From Oligoflexales bacterium (lineage in GTDB: Bacteria > Bdellovibrionota_B > Oligoflexia > Oligoflexales > CAIYRB01), in the NCBI GenBank assembly GCA_041736175.1, contig JBGSUI010000213.1, positions 1 through 16,763 of the forward strand: a DNA stretch of 16,763 nt, in the 5' to 3' direction. The notes beneath the pieces are model-generated. The model did not search any database. It had not been told where the DNA came from and saw only the letters and a list, made by a program, of their open reading frames with translations. Every line of letters begins with the position of its first letter. Position 1 is the stretch's first letter. Below, in pieces: positions 1 through 9,405 of this stretch. A program made the translations under genes and the position numbers.

Positions 1-236
1 ATTGATTCGGTAACGGACTATTTTTATTTTTACTGAGCCGATGGCTCATTAATGACTCCTTCCGACTTGCGTCTTCCGAAGGCATCTAAAAACAGTCGCC
101 CGTTCTCTCTTTTTTTTCTCACTATTCAGTTTTCAAAGAGCGTCCCAGCTGCTTCTTTTTCAGGGCTAAAGTTCTTTCGGGAAAGTCGCCTCTTGGCTTG
201 TCTCGCCGCTTTTTTTCAGCCCCTCATCTGCTGGGA
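1..236 (-). other. Structured 5' leader of a probable rRNA operon (16S gene expected just beyond position 1)
   Basis: Promoter plus boxA plus nested stems: 12-26 pairs with 87-104, a hairpin at 34-48, and a hairpin at 58-82 with a GCAA tetraloop on the minus strand. No mature rRNA sequence lies inside the window. Confidence 0.65.
125..141 (-). promoter_or_regulatory. boxA antitermination element of an rRNA leader
   Basis: The minus strand reads GCTCTTTGAAAACTGAA, the classic rrn leader boxA form. It is immediately preceded by a stem (TCCCAGC/GCTGGGA arms at about 231-237 and 143-149). Confidence 0.8.
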
Positions 237-241
237 TTCGG

Positions 242-270
242 AAGATAGCTTGGAGGACCTTTTGGGTCAA
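242..270 (-). promoter_or_regulatory. sigma70 promoter, probable rRNA operon (rrn) promoter
   Basis: The minus strand reads TTGACC (270-265), a 17-bp spacer, then TATCTT (247-242). Long A tracts directly upstream (about 283-301) resemble an UP element, and a boxA follows downstream. Confidence 0.75.
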
Positions 271-352
271 GAGTCTTTTCGAATTTTTTTTCTTTTTTTT
301 TGCGAGGCCAAAAATCACAAAAGTCGAAACCTCCCTCGCAAAGTTTTTTTAG

Positions 353-361
353 TGTTATAAT
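353..361 (+). promoter_or_regulatory. Extended -10 element (TGnTATAAT), candidate promoter for the SNF2-murA unit
   Basis: TGTTATAAT at 353-361, about 150 nt upstream of the SNF2 start. No convincing -35. Confidence 0.45.
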
Positions 362-513
362 TGTCCAGGGAGCTCTACAGTTCTAAAGAAAGCTCCAGAG
401 GGAGGGCCGAGCTTTGTGAGCAAACCTCATTAGGACTAAGCTCCAAGTGTGAAGGTTTCCTAAATACTCCGTTGACTCCGTGCTAAAAGGCCCCTTCAAT
501 ACAGGCTAAAATT

Positions 514-3348
514 TTGCAAAAAGCCGGCAAATTAAACATACTAGACCACTTTTATAAACACCTCGATGAGTCTGATTGGCTCAACGGAGTCGATCTCTAC
601 CAAGATGGACGAATCCACTCGATATCGACCTATGAAGGCCTGATCTCGGGTAAGGTCAAAGGCGAAACCACTGCGGACGTTCGGATTAAAATCCAACCGC
701 CTGGACACTGCATCCAATGGATCGAGTGCACCTGCCGCAAAAATCGTTCTCTAGGGGTCTATTGCGAGCACATCGCCGCCTTTGTGATCCATATCGAGCG
801 CGAGAAACCTGAACTCTTTGCTACCCTCGATGCAGCGTCACCGATCAAACCCCCAGCAGTGCCAAGGCGCAGCAAAATAACACCCCCCACTGATTTTTTA
901 GAAGACGGATCCCAGCAGACGGCCCGAGGCAAAGCAAAGGCAGCCCAGACCATCATCCAGCACCTAAAGGGGAATATTCATAGCGTTCAGTTGATCAATC
1001 GGGGACCCGGACTCAGGGTGAAAATTGAAATCAAAGAAGGTCAAGTCACCCACTATGACCTTGGAGTCGACGACGCCGCTAGGTTTCTTCTGGAGCATCC
1101 CCGGCTGCCCCAAGCATCCCAAGAGGTCCAAAACCTCGTTGTCTCCACAGAGGAATCCGCGGAATTAGCTTCTCGCTTTTTCCAAAGTGGACCTGAAAAA
1201 GTGGTCGGCGAGCGAGTCATCGCCCTAGCGATTCATAAAAAACGAAAGTTTTATGAAAAGCTGTCGACTCTTACCGAAAAGTTTGCCCATGGAAACTACC
1301 TTCGCCTTGCCCCTGGGGAGCCCGAGCAGGAGGGATCTTTTCTATTTGTCCCGATTAAAAACGGTGAAAAATTCGTTGGTGATGAGTATCTGTTTTTTCC
1401 TGATGTGGGTTACATCCAGCATCGACGGGAAGTGGTGTCGTCCGGTTGGAAGGAACTACCGCTTAGCCGTACTTTTAAAGATGACGAGGCAGCCGAACTA
1501 GCGATCGAACGCTATCAAGCCTACTTACAGGTTGGCCCCATCTACCTCGATGATGCCCTTAAGACGCCCGCCTCCATCCAGGCGCCTCAGCTCTCCCAGA
1601 TCGCTGTCTTGACCCAGGGAGACGGATGGTTTCGCCTCGACCCGAGATATGGTTTAGGGGATTCGAGCGTCTCCATGGTTCAACTCATGAAGCAGTGGGG
1701 CAAGAAGCAACGCAAATACCTTAAAGCTGGTGATACTTGGATCAAAGTCCCGGATATGATCACCCAACACCCGTGGGAACTCGATGAAGACGGCGAGGCA
1801 CTCAGGGTCGATACCCTAGGCTTCCTGAGACTCAAAGCCTCGCTAGGGGATTTCGACCAGTTGGTCGGGTCTAAAAAACTCCTCAACGAAATCCGAAATC
1901 AGCTCGATTTTGTCCCAGAATCCCAAGAACCCGTGGTCCATGGCGCCCGCATCAACCTGCGACAGTACCAAGAAAACGGTCTTAAGTGGCTCTGGTGGCT
2001 CTATAGAAATAGCCTGCATGGTCTCTTAGCCGACGAAATGGGCCTCGGTAAAACCCACCAGGCTATGGCTCTCCTCTCGGCAATCCTCACGGAAAAACCC
2101 AATAGTCGGTTCCTTATCATATGTCCGACAACCGTCTTGGATCATTGGCTGGACAAGATGGAAGAGTTTGCTCCTGAGCTGACGAGCATTAAATTCCACG
2201 GCCCCAAAAGGACTACACAACTCTCCAAGATCGAAAAAGACCACCGCACGGTGATTACCAGCTACGGAGTAATGCTCCGCGACATCAGACACCTGAGTAA
2301 GATCCCGTGGGATGCCCTGATCTTGGATGAGGCCCATTTTGTGAAGAACAACGATACGGCCACCTACCAGGCTGCCTGCCAGCTCAAAAGTCGCATAAGG
2401 GTCTGTTTGACGGGAACTCCCATGGAAAACCACCTGGGAGAACTCAAAAACCTTTTTGATTTTCTGGTTCCAGGATATCTCGGATCAGACGAATACTTTA
2501 AAAAGAATTTTTTGACACCCCTGGAGAGCAATCGATCTCCCGAGACCACCTTAGCTTTGCAGAGGCTCATCCACCCCTTTAAGCTGCGACGGACCAAAGA
2601 CCAAGTGCTTTCTGACCTCCCCGAAAAGATTGAGGACCTCCGCCACTGCTCCCTGTCTGACGAACAAATCAAACTATATCGAGAGACTCTCGCCATGAAG
2701 GCCACCCCTCTCGTGGATCAGCTCAAAAACCAGACTTCCCCCGTGCCATTTCTCCACGTCTTTGCCACCTTGTCCCTGCTCAAACAGATCTGCAATCATC
2801 CGGCCCTAGTATTAGAAAACGCAGATTTTCGCAAACACGAGAGCGGCAAGTTTGGGCTTCTCAAGGAGCTCTTAGAAGAGGCCCTAGGATCCGGCCTTAA
2901 AATCGTTATCTTTAGCCAGTTTGTCGGTATGATCAAAATCATCGAAGCCTACCTTAATGACATCAAGGTCCGCCATGTGGTCCTGACAGGTCAAACCAAA
3001 AATCGAGGACAGGTGATCAAAGATTTCCAGAACAATCCCGAGATCAAGATCTTTCTAGGCTCGCTCTTGGCCGGTGGAGTCGGTATCGATCTGACGGCGG
3101 CCTCTGTGGTGATCCACTATGACCGATGGTGGAACCCATCCAAAGAAAACCAAGCGACCGATAGGGTCCACCGCATCGGCCAAAACCGCAACGTTCAAGT
3201 CCTCAAGTTACAAACTCGCGGAACTCTCGAAGAAAAAATCGACCGTATGATCCGGGCCAAAGCTGCCCTGATCGAACGCTTTCTAGATCGGGACGAAGAG
3301 GTCTTTAAAACCCTGAGTCGCCAAGACCTCATCGAGCTCCTATCATGA
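514..3348 (+). CDS. SWIM zinc-finger SNF2-family (DEAH) helicase/ATPase
   Basis: 944-aa ORF with a TTG start. N-terminal SWIM motif CTC-x9-CEH. SNF2 motifs LADEMGLGKT, DEAH, TGTPMEN, FSQF, GGVGIDLT and QATDRVHRIGQ. Confidence 0.93.
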   Translation: MQKAGKLNILDHFYKHLDESDWLNGVDLYQDGRIHSISTYEGLISGKVKGETTADVRIKIQPPGHCIQWIECTCRKNRSLGVYCEHIAAFVIHIEREKPELFATLDAASPIKPPAVPRRSKITPPTDFLEDGSQQTARGKAKAAQTIIQHLKGNIHSVQLINRGPGLRVKIEIKEGQVTHYDLGVDDAARFLLEHPRLPQASQEVQNLVVSTEESAELASRFFQSGPEKVVGERVIALAIHKKRKFYEKLSTLTEKFAHGNYLRLAPGEPEQEGSFLFVPIKNGEKFVGDEYLFFPDVGYIQHRREVVSSGWKELPLSRTFKDDEAAELAIERYQAYLQVGPIYLDDALKTPASIQAPQLSQIAVLTQGDGWFRLDPRYGLGDSSVSMVQLMKQWGKKQRKYLKAGDTWIKVPDMITQHPWELDEDGEALRVDTLGFLRLKASLGDFDQLVGSKKLLNEIRNQLDFVPESQEPVVHGARINLRQYQENGLKWLWWLYRNSLHGLLADEMGLGKTHQAMALLSAILTEKPNSRFLIICPTTVLDHWLDKMEEFAPELTSIKFHGPKRTTQLSKIEKDHRTVITSYGVMLRDIRHLSKIPWDALILDEAHFVKNNDTATYQAACQLKSRIRVCLTGTPMENHLGELKNLFDFLVPGYLGSDEYFKKNFLTPLESNRSPETTLALQRLIHPFKLRRTKDQVLSDLPEKIEDLRHCSLSDEQIKLYRETLAMKATPLVDQLKNQTSPVPFLHVFATLSLLKQICNHPALVLENADFRKHESGKFGLLKELLEEALGSGLKIVIFSQFVGMIKIIEAYLNDIKVRHVVLTGQTKNRGQVIKDFQNNPEIKIFLGSLLAGGVGIDLTAASVVIHYDRWWNPSKENQATDRVHRIGQNRNVQVLKLQTRGTLEEKIDRMIRAKAALIERFLDRDEEVFKTLSRQDLIELLS

Positions 3349-3412
3349 CTTTCGGCGCGATCTGAGGCATAACCAACCCATTCGACCCACTACCATCTCA
3401 AAGGATTTCAGG

Positions 3413-4693
3413 ATGTATAAGTTTGTTATCGAGGGCGGACGCCCCCTCTCCGGCAGCATCATCCCTTCAGGAAATAAAAACGAAGCCTTGCCCTGTCTAT
3501 TTGCCTGTTTGCTGACAGATCAGCCCATCACCCTCAAAAGGGTTCCACGGATAGGAGACGTAAACACAGTCTGTGAAATCCTCCGCGGGATCGGCGTGGA
3601 AGTGGACTGGAGCGGACCAGACACCCTGACCCTATGCGCCGCCAAAGCGACGAGCCATAAGCCCCAACCTGAACTCTGTTCGAAAGTCCGTGCCTCGATC
3701 TTGCTCTTGGGCCCCCTTTTGGCTCGGTTTGGCAAGGTTGAGCTGGCGCTGCCTGGTGGCGATGTCATCGGTGCCCGGCGGATCGATACCCATTGGCATG
3801 GAATCGAGGCTCTTGGAGCGACCTTGGAGCTTAAAAATAAAATCATAGGCCAAGCTCCCTCCATCAAAGGCTGCGATGTCTTTCTTGACGAACCCTCCGT
3901 GACAGCGACTGAAAACCTCCTCCTGTTAGCCGTCCGTGCCAAAGGTACCACCGTGCTCCATAATGCCGCGAGTGAGCCCCATGTGGTTGGTCTATGCCGC
4001 CTCCTAAAGGCTATGGGAGCTAAGATCTCCGGTGTCGGCACAAATCAGCTCACCATCGAAGGCTCGGATAGCCTTGGGGGTGCCGTCCATAAGATGGCTC
4101 CGGACTTTATGGAGGTGGGTAGTTTTCTCTGTCTCGGTGCCATTGGTGGGGGAAGGATTGAAATCCAAGATGTCAATTTTGAAGACATGAGATTTCCCCT
4201 CAAAGTCCTCGCCAGGTTGGGCATCGAGCCGGAGATCAAGGCAGAGTCTCTGGTGATCGATGGAACCAAGCCTCTTAAGATTCATAAAGATATCGGTGGC
4301 CGGATCGGCACCATCTATAGCGGGCCTTGGCCAGCTTATCCCACAGACCTGATGTCGGTGGCCATTGTCGCCGCAACCCAGTCCAAGGGTACCATTATCT
4401 TTTTTGAAAAAATGTTTGAAGGCCGGATGTTTTTTACGGACAAGCTTATGGGGATGGGCGCCAATATCGTCTTATGCGATCCCCACCGCATCGTGGTCAC
4501 AGGTCCTGCCCAGCTTTTTGCAACCAGCATGTCGTCGCCAGACGTCCGGGCCGGTATGGCTCTCCTGATGGCTGCTTGCATCTCCAAAGGTACCAGCGAG
4601 ATTCACAACATCATGCAGATCGAACGTGGTTATCAGGATATTGATAAAAAACTGAGGTCTTTAGGAGCCGCCCTAACAAGGCTGGAAGCCTAA
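3413..4693 (+). CDS. murA: UDP-N-acetylglucosamine 1-carboxyvinyltransferase
   Basis: 426 aa with MurA motifs GNKN, RASILLLGPLLAR, LPGGDVIGARRID, PSVTATEN, PWPAYPTD, DVRAG and IERGY. Confidence 0.96.
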   Translation: MYKFVIEGGRPLSGSIIPSGNKNEALPCLFACLLTDQPITLKRVPRIGDVNTVCEILRGIGVEVDWSGPDTLTLCAAKATSHKPQPELCSKVRASILLLGPLLARFGKVELALPGGDVIGARRIDTHWHGIEALGATLELKNKIIGQAPSIKGCDVFLDEPSVTATENLLLLAVRAKGTTVLHNAASEPHVVGLCRLLKAMGAKISGVGTNQLTIEGSDSLGGAVHKMAPDFMEVGSFLCLGAIGGGRIEIQDVNFEDMRFPLKVLARLGIEPEIKAESLVIDGTKPLKIHKDIGGRIGTIYSGPWPAYPTDLMSVAIVAATQSKGTIIFFEKMFEGRMFFTDKLMGMGANIVLCDPHRIVVTGPAQLFATSMSSPDVRAGMALLMAACISKGTSEIHNIMQIERGYQDIDKKLRSLGAALTRLEA

Positions 4694-4854
4694 ACTAAAG
4701 ACCTTTTTTTACCAGATCCTCCCCCCGCCTGGAGAGGTATCCCTGCGGGCCGTGGCTTATGGCCGCAGCCTTATTGCCGATACCTCTTTTAGGACAAAAT
4801 ATACTTAAATTCTGACCTAAAGAGGGGTCTTCCCCACGCCTAGGAGCATCGCTT

Positions 4855-6105
4855 ATGCCCAGAGTTACTTTGCCACGGACCTTTTTTCTTCATCCCCTGA
4901 TTCCTATAACCCTAGCTGTCGGCCTAGGTGGGGTAAGTCACCCCCTGATGGGCCAATCGGTCTTTGTGGCAGGAGCAGAAAGCAAAGCGGCGGGTATGGA
5001 ATCTGGCCTAAGAGCCGACGGTCCACCTTCGCTCCTCTATAACCCTGCCAATCTTTCACGAGGCTATGGGGACCAATGGTCGCAACCTTACTTAGAGGTC
5101 GGAGTTTACCGGGTCAATTACCTCTACGAGCATCCAGACTACGACCCGGTCGTGGTCTCCTCGACCTCTCCGACGGCGACACTAGGTTATGGATACCGCC
5201 TCCACGAAAAGGTGACCTTTGGAGTCCTGCTCTATCCCGAAACCATTTCAGAGATGAACGTCCCTGCTTTGCCCAGAAACATCGATGGCAAAGTCGTTGC
5301 CGTAGAATCCCAGTACTCCGATATGGTCGTCCATGGAGGTGCCGGAGCTGCTTTTGACCTAGGGAACGGTGCTGCCGTGGGACTTAGTATGATTGGTACC
5401 TATGAAGACCACCGTCGAGCGATGATCCTGGGAGGACAAACAGACCCTGTCGCGAACGCTAACTACCGCAACCTCTTTTACCGACCAAACCTCGGCGTTA
5501 GGTACATTCCCCAAACGGGACTCCGCACGGCTCTCAGTGTGCGACCTCCCCAGACTAAAAACTACCGGGGCAGCCAACTGGAGCGCGGTGCTGACGTCCC
5601 AACCAATCCCCGCCTAGTGGACTACCGCCCCACCACGTTCAATGCTGGAATCGGCGCGAATATCAAACCTATCACCGTCAACCTTGAGGCCCAGCATGAG
5701 ATGTGGAAAGCGGGAGAGTCCGTCTATAAAAACAATCTCCTCAACGACACCAGCCGCGCAGACCTCAAAAACATCACGCAGATCAGCACAAGCATGGGGT
5801 ATCGGTTTACTAAGTTCCACGTGGTGAGTTTAGGCTATGCCCATCTCCCTTCGCCTTGGGGAGAAGGCCAGGGAAACCGACCAGACACTGGGGCGGAGAG
5901 CGACGGCGTAGAATTTGCTCAGCTTAACGGTGTGACCCTTGATGTCCTAAGCTTGGGGGGACGATGGAAGGTGGCCGGATATGACCTATCCTTCTCTCTT
6001 GCAAAAGCTCAGGGCAGTCGGGAGATTTTGAGCAATCCAGAGAACCAAGGATTTTATTATGTCGACATCAATACGCTCAGCAGTGGTGTGAAACGTTCCT
6101 TCTAG
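4855..6105 (+). CDS. Outer-membrane beta-barrel protein, FadL/OmpP1-like
   Basis: 416 aa, AGGAG RBS at 4842-4846, hydrophobic N-terminal signal region, YNPANL motif (FadL NPA-like), alternating beta-strand patterns, C-terminal Phe. Confidence 0.6.
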   Translation: MPRVTLPRTFFLHPLIPITLAVGLGGVSHPLMGQSVFVAGAESKAAGMESGLRADGPPSLLYNPANLSRGYGDQWSQPYLEVGVYRVNYLYEHPDYDPVVVSSTSPTATLGYGYRLHEKVTFGVLLYPETISEMNVPALPRNIDGKVVAVESQYSDMVVHGGAGAAFDLGNGAAVGLSMIGTYEDHRRAMILGGQTDPVANANYRNLFYRPNLGVRYIPQTGLRTALSVRPPQTKNYRGSQLERGADVPTNPRLVDYRPTTFNAGIGANIKPITVNLEAQHEMWKAGESVYKNNLLNDTSRADLKNITQISTSMGYRFTKFHVVSLGYAHLPSPWGEGQGNRPDTGAESDGVEFAQLNGVTLDVLSLGGRWKVAGYDLSFSLAKAQGSREILSNPENQGFYYVDINTLSSGVKRSF

Positions 6106-6284
6106 GTCCCCTCTATTTAGGTCCTTCCTAAATGGGTCGGGAAATAGAATGCCGACTGGGTAAGATTGCCGGATTCACAAAAAAAAGAATCCGGATTGGT
6201 TTGTTATTTCAATGACCTATTAATACCTCCTCAAGTTTTTAGAGCCTTTGGACGAAGGCTTTGCCGTGATTTTAAGGAGGACTT

Positions 6285-7661
6285 ATGACAAACATCACGA
6301 TCGACAAAAAAAACCCAGGCTCTCGGCGACTTTTAGGATTTTTAAAGAACCCCGGAATCATCCATGGAAGCTTTTATGGAATCATCCGGGGCAGCATCTT
6401 TGGACTTTGCCTTGTCTTGAACTCCCAATGTGGAGGCCCACCCTCGGGCCAATACTATCCCGGCAAAACCTATGGTGCCACAGCGCGGGAAGCGATCACC
6501 GGTGGTACCCCCCAGGGAGCCACGCCGCCCCCGGGAGACGGTGGCGATGGAACTCGGGGAGACCAAGATGGTGATTCCGACGAAACGCCAATCGATGAGC
6601 CAGACTCTCCGTCACCTGATGAGGTGCCGACAGATAAACCCGGTGGTGACAAGAACCCTGACCCCCCCGAGCCCCCTAAGCCTGCAGAACCTGCGGACAC
6701 TATTATAAGGAAACTTGATTTTAAGGTTGCCTATGACTCCGCCTCAGCCGTGGGTCTACGAAATAACCAGCCCAACCCCATTCCCCTTAATGGAACCATT
6801 GGCCAGAATGTCAGGTCAAGAATGGTGCCAGGACCAGAAGACGGGATGATGGTCACCGACCATCTAGGGGACGGAAAAGGGCAGTTTGAAAGCTTTATCA
6901 ACCTACGTAATAGCGTTGCAGATGCCAACCGCCATCCCAATGCCCCTTCGATTAGCAGCCTACGGAGCATTTTTGTCAAAGCATCCCCGTCACAGGCTTG
7001 CCCGGCCACAGTCTTTAACTGTGCGGAACGGGTGGTCCTAGCTCCCCTTCAAGGTAAGACTGAAACCCTTTGTTTTTCTGATCCTGCTACCGGAAAACCT
7101 GCTGCCTATCCCACGGGTCCTAAATCTGATGCTAAACTCGGTGATTTGGAGCCCAAGTTGGGTAGTTTCGGTCCTTTTAATATCCGCGTTTATCAGGGAG
7201 ATGTCCCCTGTGAAGAGCCTTCTAAACCCACGGTCACGGGACCTTATTTTACCGAAACCATCACCACCAAGGTGTCAAAAGCGAGCCTCGATAACTTTAG
7301 CTTTTTGCTCCATAAAAATAGCCCGGTGATGCCGAGTTTTGGGGTGGTTTTTGAAACCAATCGGACCCAAGGCGACTTGGTCTCACCCTACTTGGACGAA
7401 ACTGCCAGACTCCACGGCAAGGTCACCTATTTTATCAACGAGCCGCAAAAGCTTTTGGTCAAAACCATCGTCAGGTCTCGCCTCTCTCTCGATATTGCCC
7501 GCCTCCTCGGGGGAGGGATCTTTGCTGGCTTTATAGACCAACTGGTCAACCTTGACGGCGTGATGGTGGATCTCCACTACGAGCTGTGCAAGAACCTCCT
7601 TGATTCCAAGGAGCCCAATCACTGCCAAGTGCCGTCCGTGACGAAAGAGCGATCCATTTAA
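6285..7661 (+). CDS. Hypothetical exported protein, probable lipoprotein with Pro/Asp/Gly-rich linker
   Basis: 458 aa with a strong AAGGAGG RBS. A hydrophobic segment ends in LNSQ-C-GG (atypical lipobox), followed by a low-complexity P/D/G linker and a globular domain with several Cys. No family recognised. Confidence 0.7.
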   Translation: MTNITIDKKNPGSRRLLGFLKNPGIIHGSFYGIIRGSIFGLCLVLNSQCGGPPSGQYYPGKTYGATAREAITGGTPQGATPPPGDGGDGTRGDQDGDSDETPIDEPDSPSPDEVPTDKPGGDKNPDPPEPPKPAEPADTIIRKLDFKVAYDSASAVGLRNNQPNPIPLNGTIGQNVRSRMVPGPEDGMMVTDHLGDGKGQFESFINLRNSVADANRHPNAPSISSLRSIFVKASPSQACPATVFNCAERVVLAPLQGKTETLCFSDPATGKPAAYPTGPKSDAKLGDLEPKLGSFGPFNIRVYQGDVPCEEPSKPTVTGPYFTETITTKVSKASLDNFSFLLHKNSPVMPSFGVVFETNRTQGDLVSPYLDETARLHGKVTYFINEPQKLLVKTIVRSRLSLDIARLLGGGIFAGFIDQLVNLDGVMVDLHYELCKNLLDSKEPNHCQVPSVTKERSI

Positions 7662-9094
7662 CTTAGCTTTGCTGCCGCCCTCCGCAGGCGGTCCTTTACC
7701 ATGTCACTCCCTAAGACCACGAGAGACTCGGCCAAGGGGGGAGAGTCCTTACGACCTGTGGTGACGAGCCGGATGGTCATAAAGTAATCTTTGGGTTTCC
7801 AACCTAGTTTTGTCTTGTAGTCTTCGAGAACCTTTTTGACAGCATCGAGATTCCAGGCATCGACCTCATCAAAAACCTCAGCAAGCCCTAAGAGCATCTC
7901 AATGGTTTCTTGGGGTGTCTTGCCCTGTGGGACTAAGGCTGTGGGGTCAGGGAACTCCAGTTCACCATTGAAAAAGAAGGCGAATTTGTCAACAAATTGA
8001 TCAAAACGGTCCATTCGCTCGACGACCAAGGGACGCAGCTGGCGTAGGTAGTCATCCTTAAAGACTTCGGTCTTAAGGTGGTGGACGAATTGGTCATCGG
8101 ATAGTTTTTGCAGGTATTGGTTGTTGAGCCAGTTGAGTTTTTTCTGGTCAAAAATCGGTCCACCTAGATGGATATCCTTGAGGTCGAAAGCCCGGATCAT
8201 ATCTTCGAGACTAAAGATTTCTTGAGTTGCGTTGAGGCTCCATCCCATAAGACCCAGAAAGTTTACCATCGTCTGTGAAAGGATGCCTGCCCGACGATAA
8301 AAGCTCAGGGAGGTCGGATTTTTGCGTTTAGAAATCTTAGATTTATCATTGTTACGGAGCAGTGGAAGGTGACAAAAAACCGGTTCTTTCCAGCCAAAAG
8401 CTTTATATAACATCACGTGTTTAGGAGTGGACGAGATCCACTCTTCGGCCCGAATCACATGGCTGATTTCCATCAGATGGTCATCGACGACATTTGCCAA
8501 ATGGTAGGTGGGAAAGCCATCGGATTTAATCAACACCTGATCATCAAGCTGGCTATTCTCAATGGTAATATCCCCCCGCAGGAGATCATGGATCGTCGTT
8601 GTCCCTTCGGTAGGCATTTTCAGTCGAATGACATAGGGGGTTTTTTCTTGGTGGAGAGTGTGGACCTCTTGGGCGGATAGATGCCGGCAGTGGCGGTCAT
8701 AGCCCGAGTTAACCCCTTTTTCTTTTTGTTCTTGCCGCATCTTTTCAAGGCGATGGGCGGTGCAAAAACAATAATAGGCGTGTCCGGCATCCAGTAGGTG
8801 CTGGGCCCAGTATTGGTGGAGAGAACGCCTTTCCGATTGGCGATAGGGCCCATGGTTGCCAGGACGATCAGGGCCTTCGTCCCATTGCAATCCCAGCCAG
8901 CCCAGACTATCCATAATCGCCTGCTCGCTTTGGGCACGGTAGCGCGTCTGATCTGTATCTTCGATCCGTAAGATCAGCTTGCCGCCGTGTTTTTTTGCGA
9001 AACAGTAATTGAACAACGTCACGTAGGCTGTCCCCACATGGGGATCGCCTGTAGGGGAAGGAGCAATGCGAACGCGGACTTTTTGGGAATTCAA
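7658..9094 (-). CDS. gltX: Glutamate--tRNA ligase
   Basis: 478 aa, TTG start with GGAGG RBS. Motifs RIAPSPTGDPHVGT (HIGH), LRIEDTD, Zn-knuckle CFC...CRH and KISKR (KMSKS), plus a full anticodon-binding domain. Confidence 0.96.
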   Translation of the reverse strand: MNSQKVRVRIAPSPTGDPHVGTAYVTLFNYCFAKKHGGKLILRIEDTDQTRYRAQSEQAIMDSLGWLGLQWDEGPDRPGNHGPYRQSERRSLHQYWAQHLLDAGHAYYCFCTAHRLEKMRQEQKEKGVNSGYDRHCRHLSAQEVHTLHQEKTPYVIRLKMPTEGTTTIHDLLRGDITIENSQLDDQVLIKSDGFPTYHLANVVDDHLMEISHVIRAEEWISSTPKHVMLYKAFGWKEPVFCHLPLLRNNDKSKISKRKNPTSLSFYRRAGILSQTMVNFLGLMGWSLNATQEIFSLEDMIRAFDLKDIHLGGPIFDQKKLNWLNNQYLQKLSDDQFVHHLKTEVFKDDYLRQLRPLVVERMDRFDQFVDKFAFFFNGELEFPDPTALVPQGKTPQETIEMLLGLAEVFDEVDAWNLDAVKKVLEDYKTKLGWKPKDYFMTIRLVTTGRKDSPPLAESLVVLGSDMVKDRLRRAAAKLS

Positions 9095-9405
9095 GGTTCA
9101 TCCTCCGGTTATGCAACCAAGGGCCCAAGCTATCATTATCGATCCAGGGGTAAAAGTGCTGCTTGGGGAGAGAAATGTAACTATACATAATAATTTAATA
9201 AATTTCTATCAATTGGTCTAAAAACAAGCGAACGATCGGTTTCATTCATGGCTTTACTAAAATCGGCCTTTGCTCACTGGAAAACTTATGGTACAGGGCC
9301 ACTGGTATTGTAAGGGTCCTGGCTGGAATCAAATCTTTTCCTAGCGCCCCTGCCACGCCAACCTTCTGAAGTTTCACCCCCTTCCGGTAAAAGAGCAAAA
9401 GCGAC

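Noticed and set aside
1..60. Apparent minus-strand gene start (AGGAG then ATG at 49, MSHRLSKNK...)
   Set aside because: It lies inside hairpins downstream of a boxA, so an rRNA leader explains it better. It cannot be fully excluded without flanking sequence.
52..360. 102-aa plus-strand ORF
   Set aside because: Its Phe-rich translation comes from T tracts, and it is antisense to a promoter/boxA leader.
514..3348. SNF2 helicase as part of an anti-phage system (e.g. DISARM or Zorya)
   Set aside because: It has SWIM-SNF2 architecture in a housekeeping context, with no methylase, DUF1998, phospholipase D or ZorAB partners.
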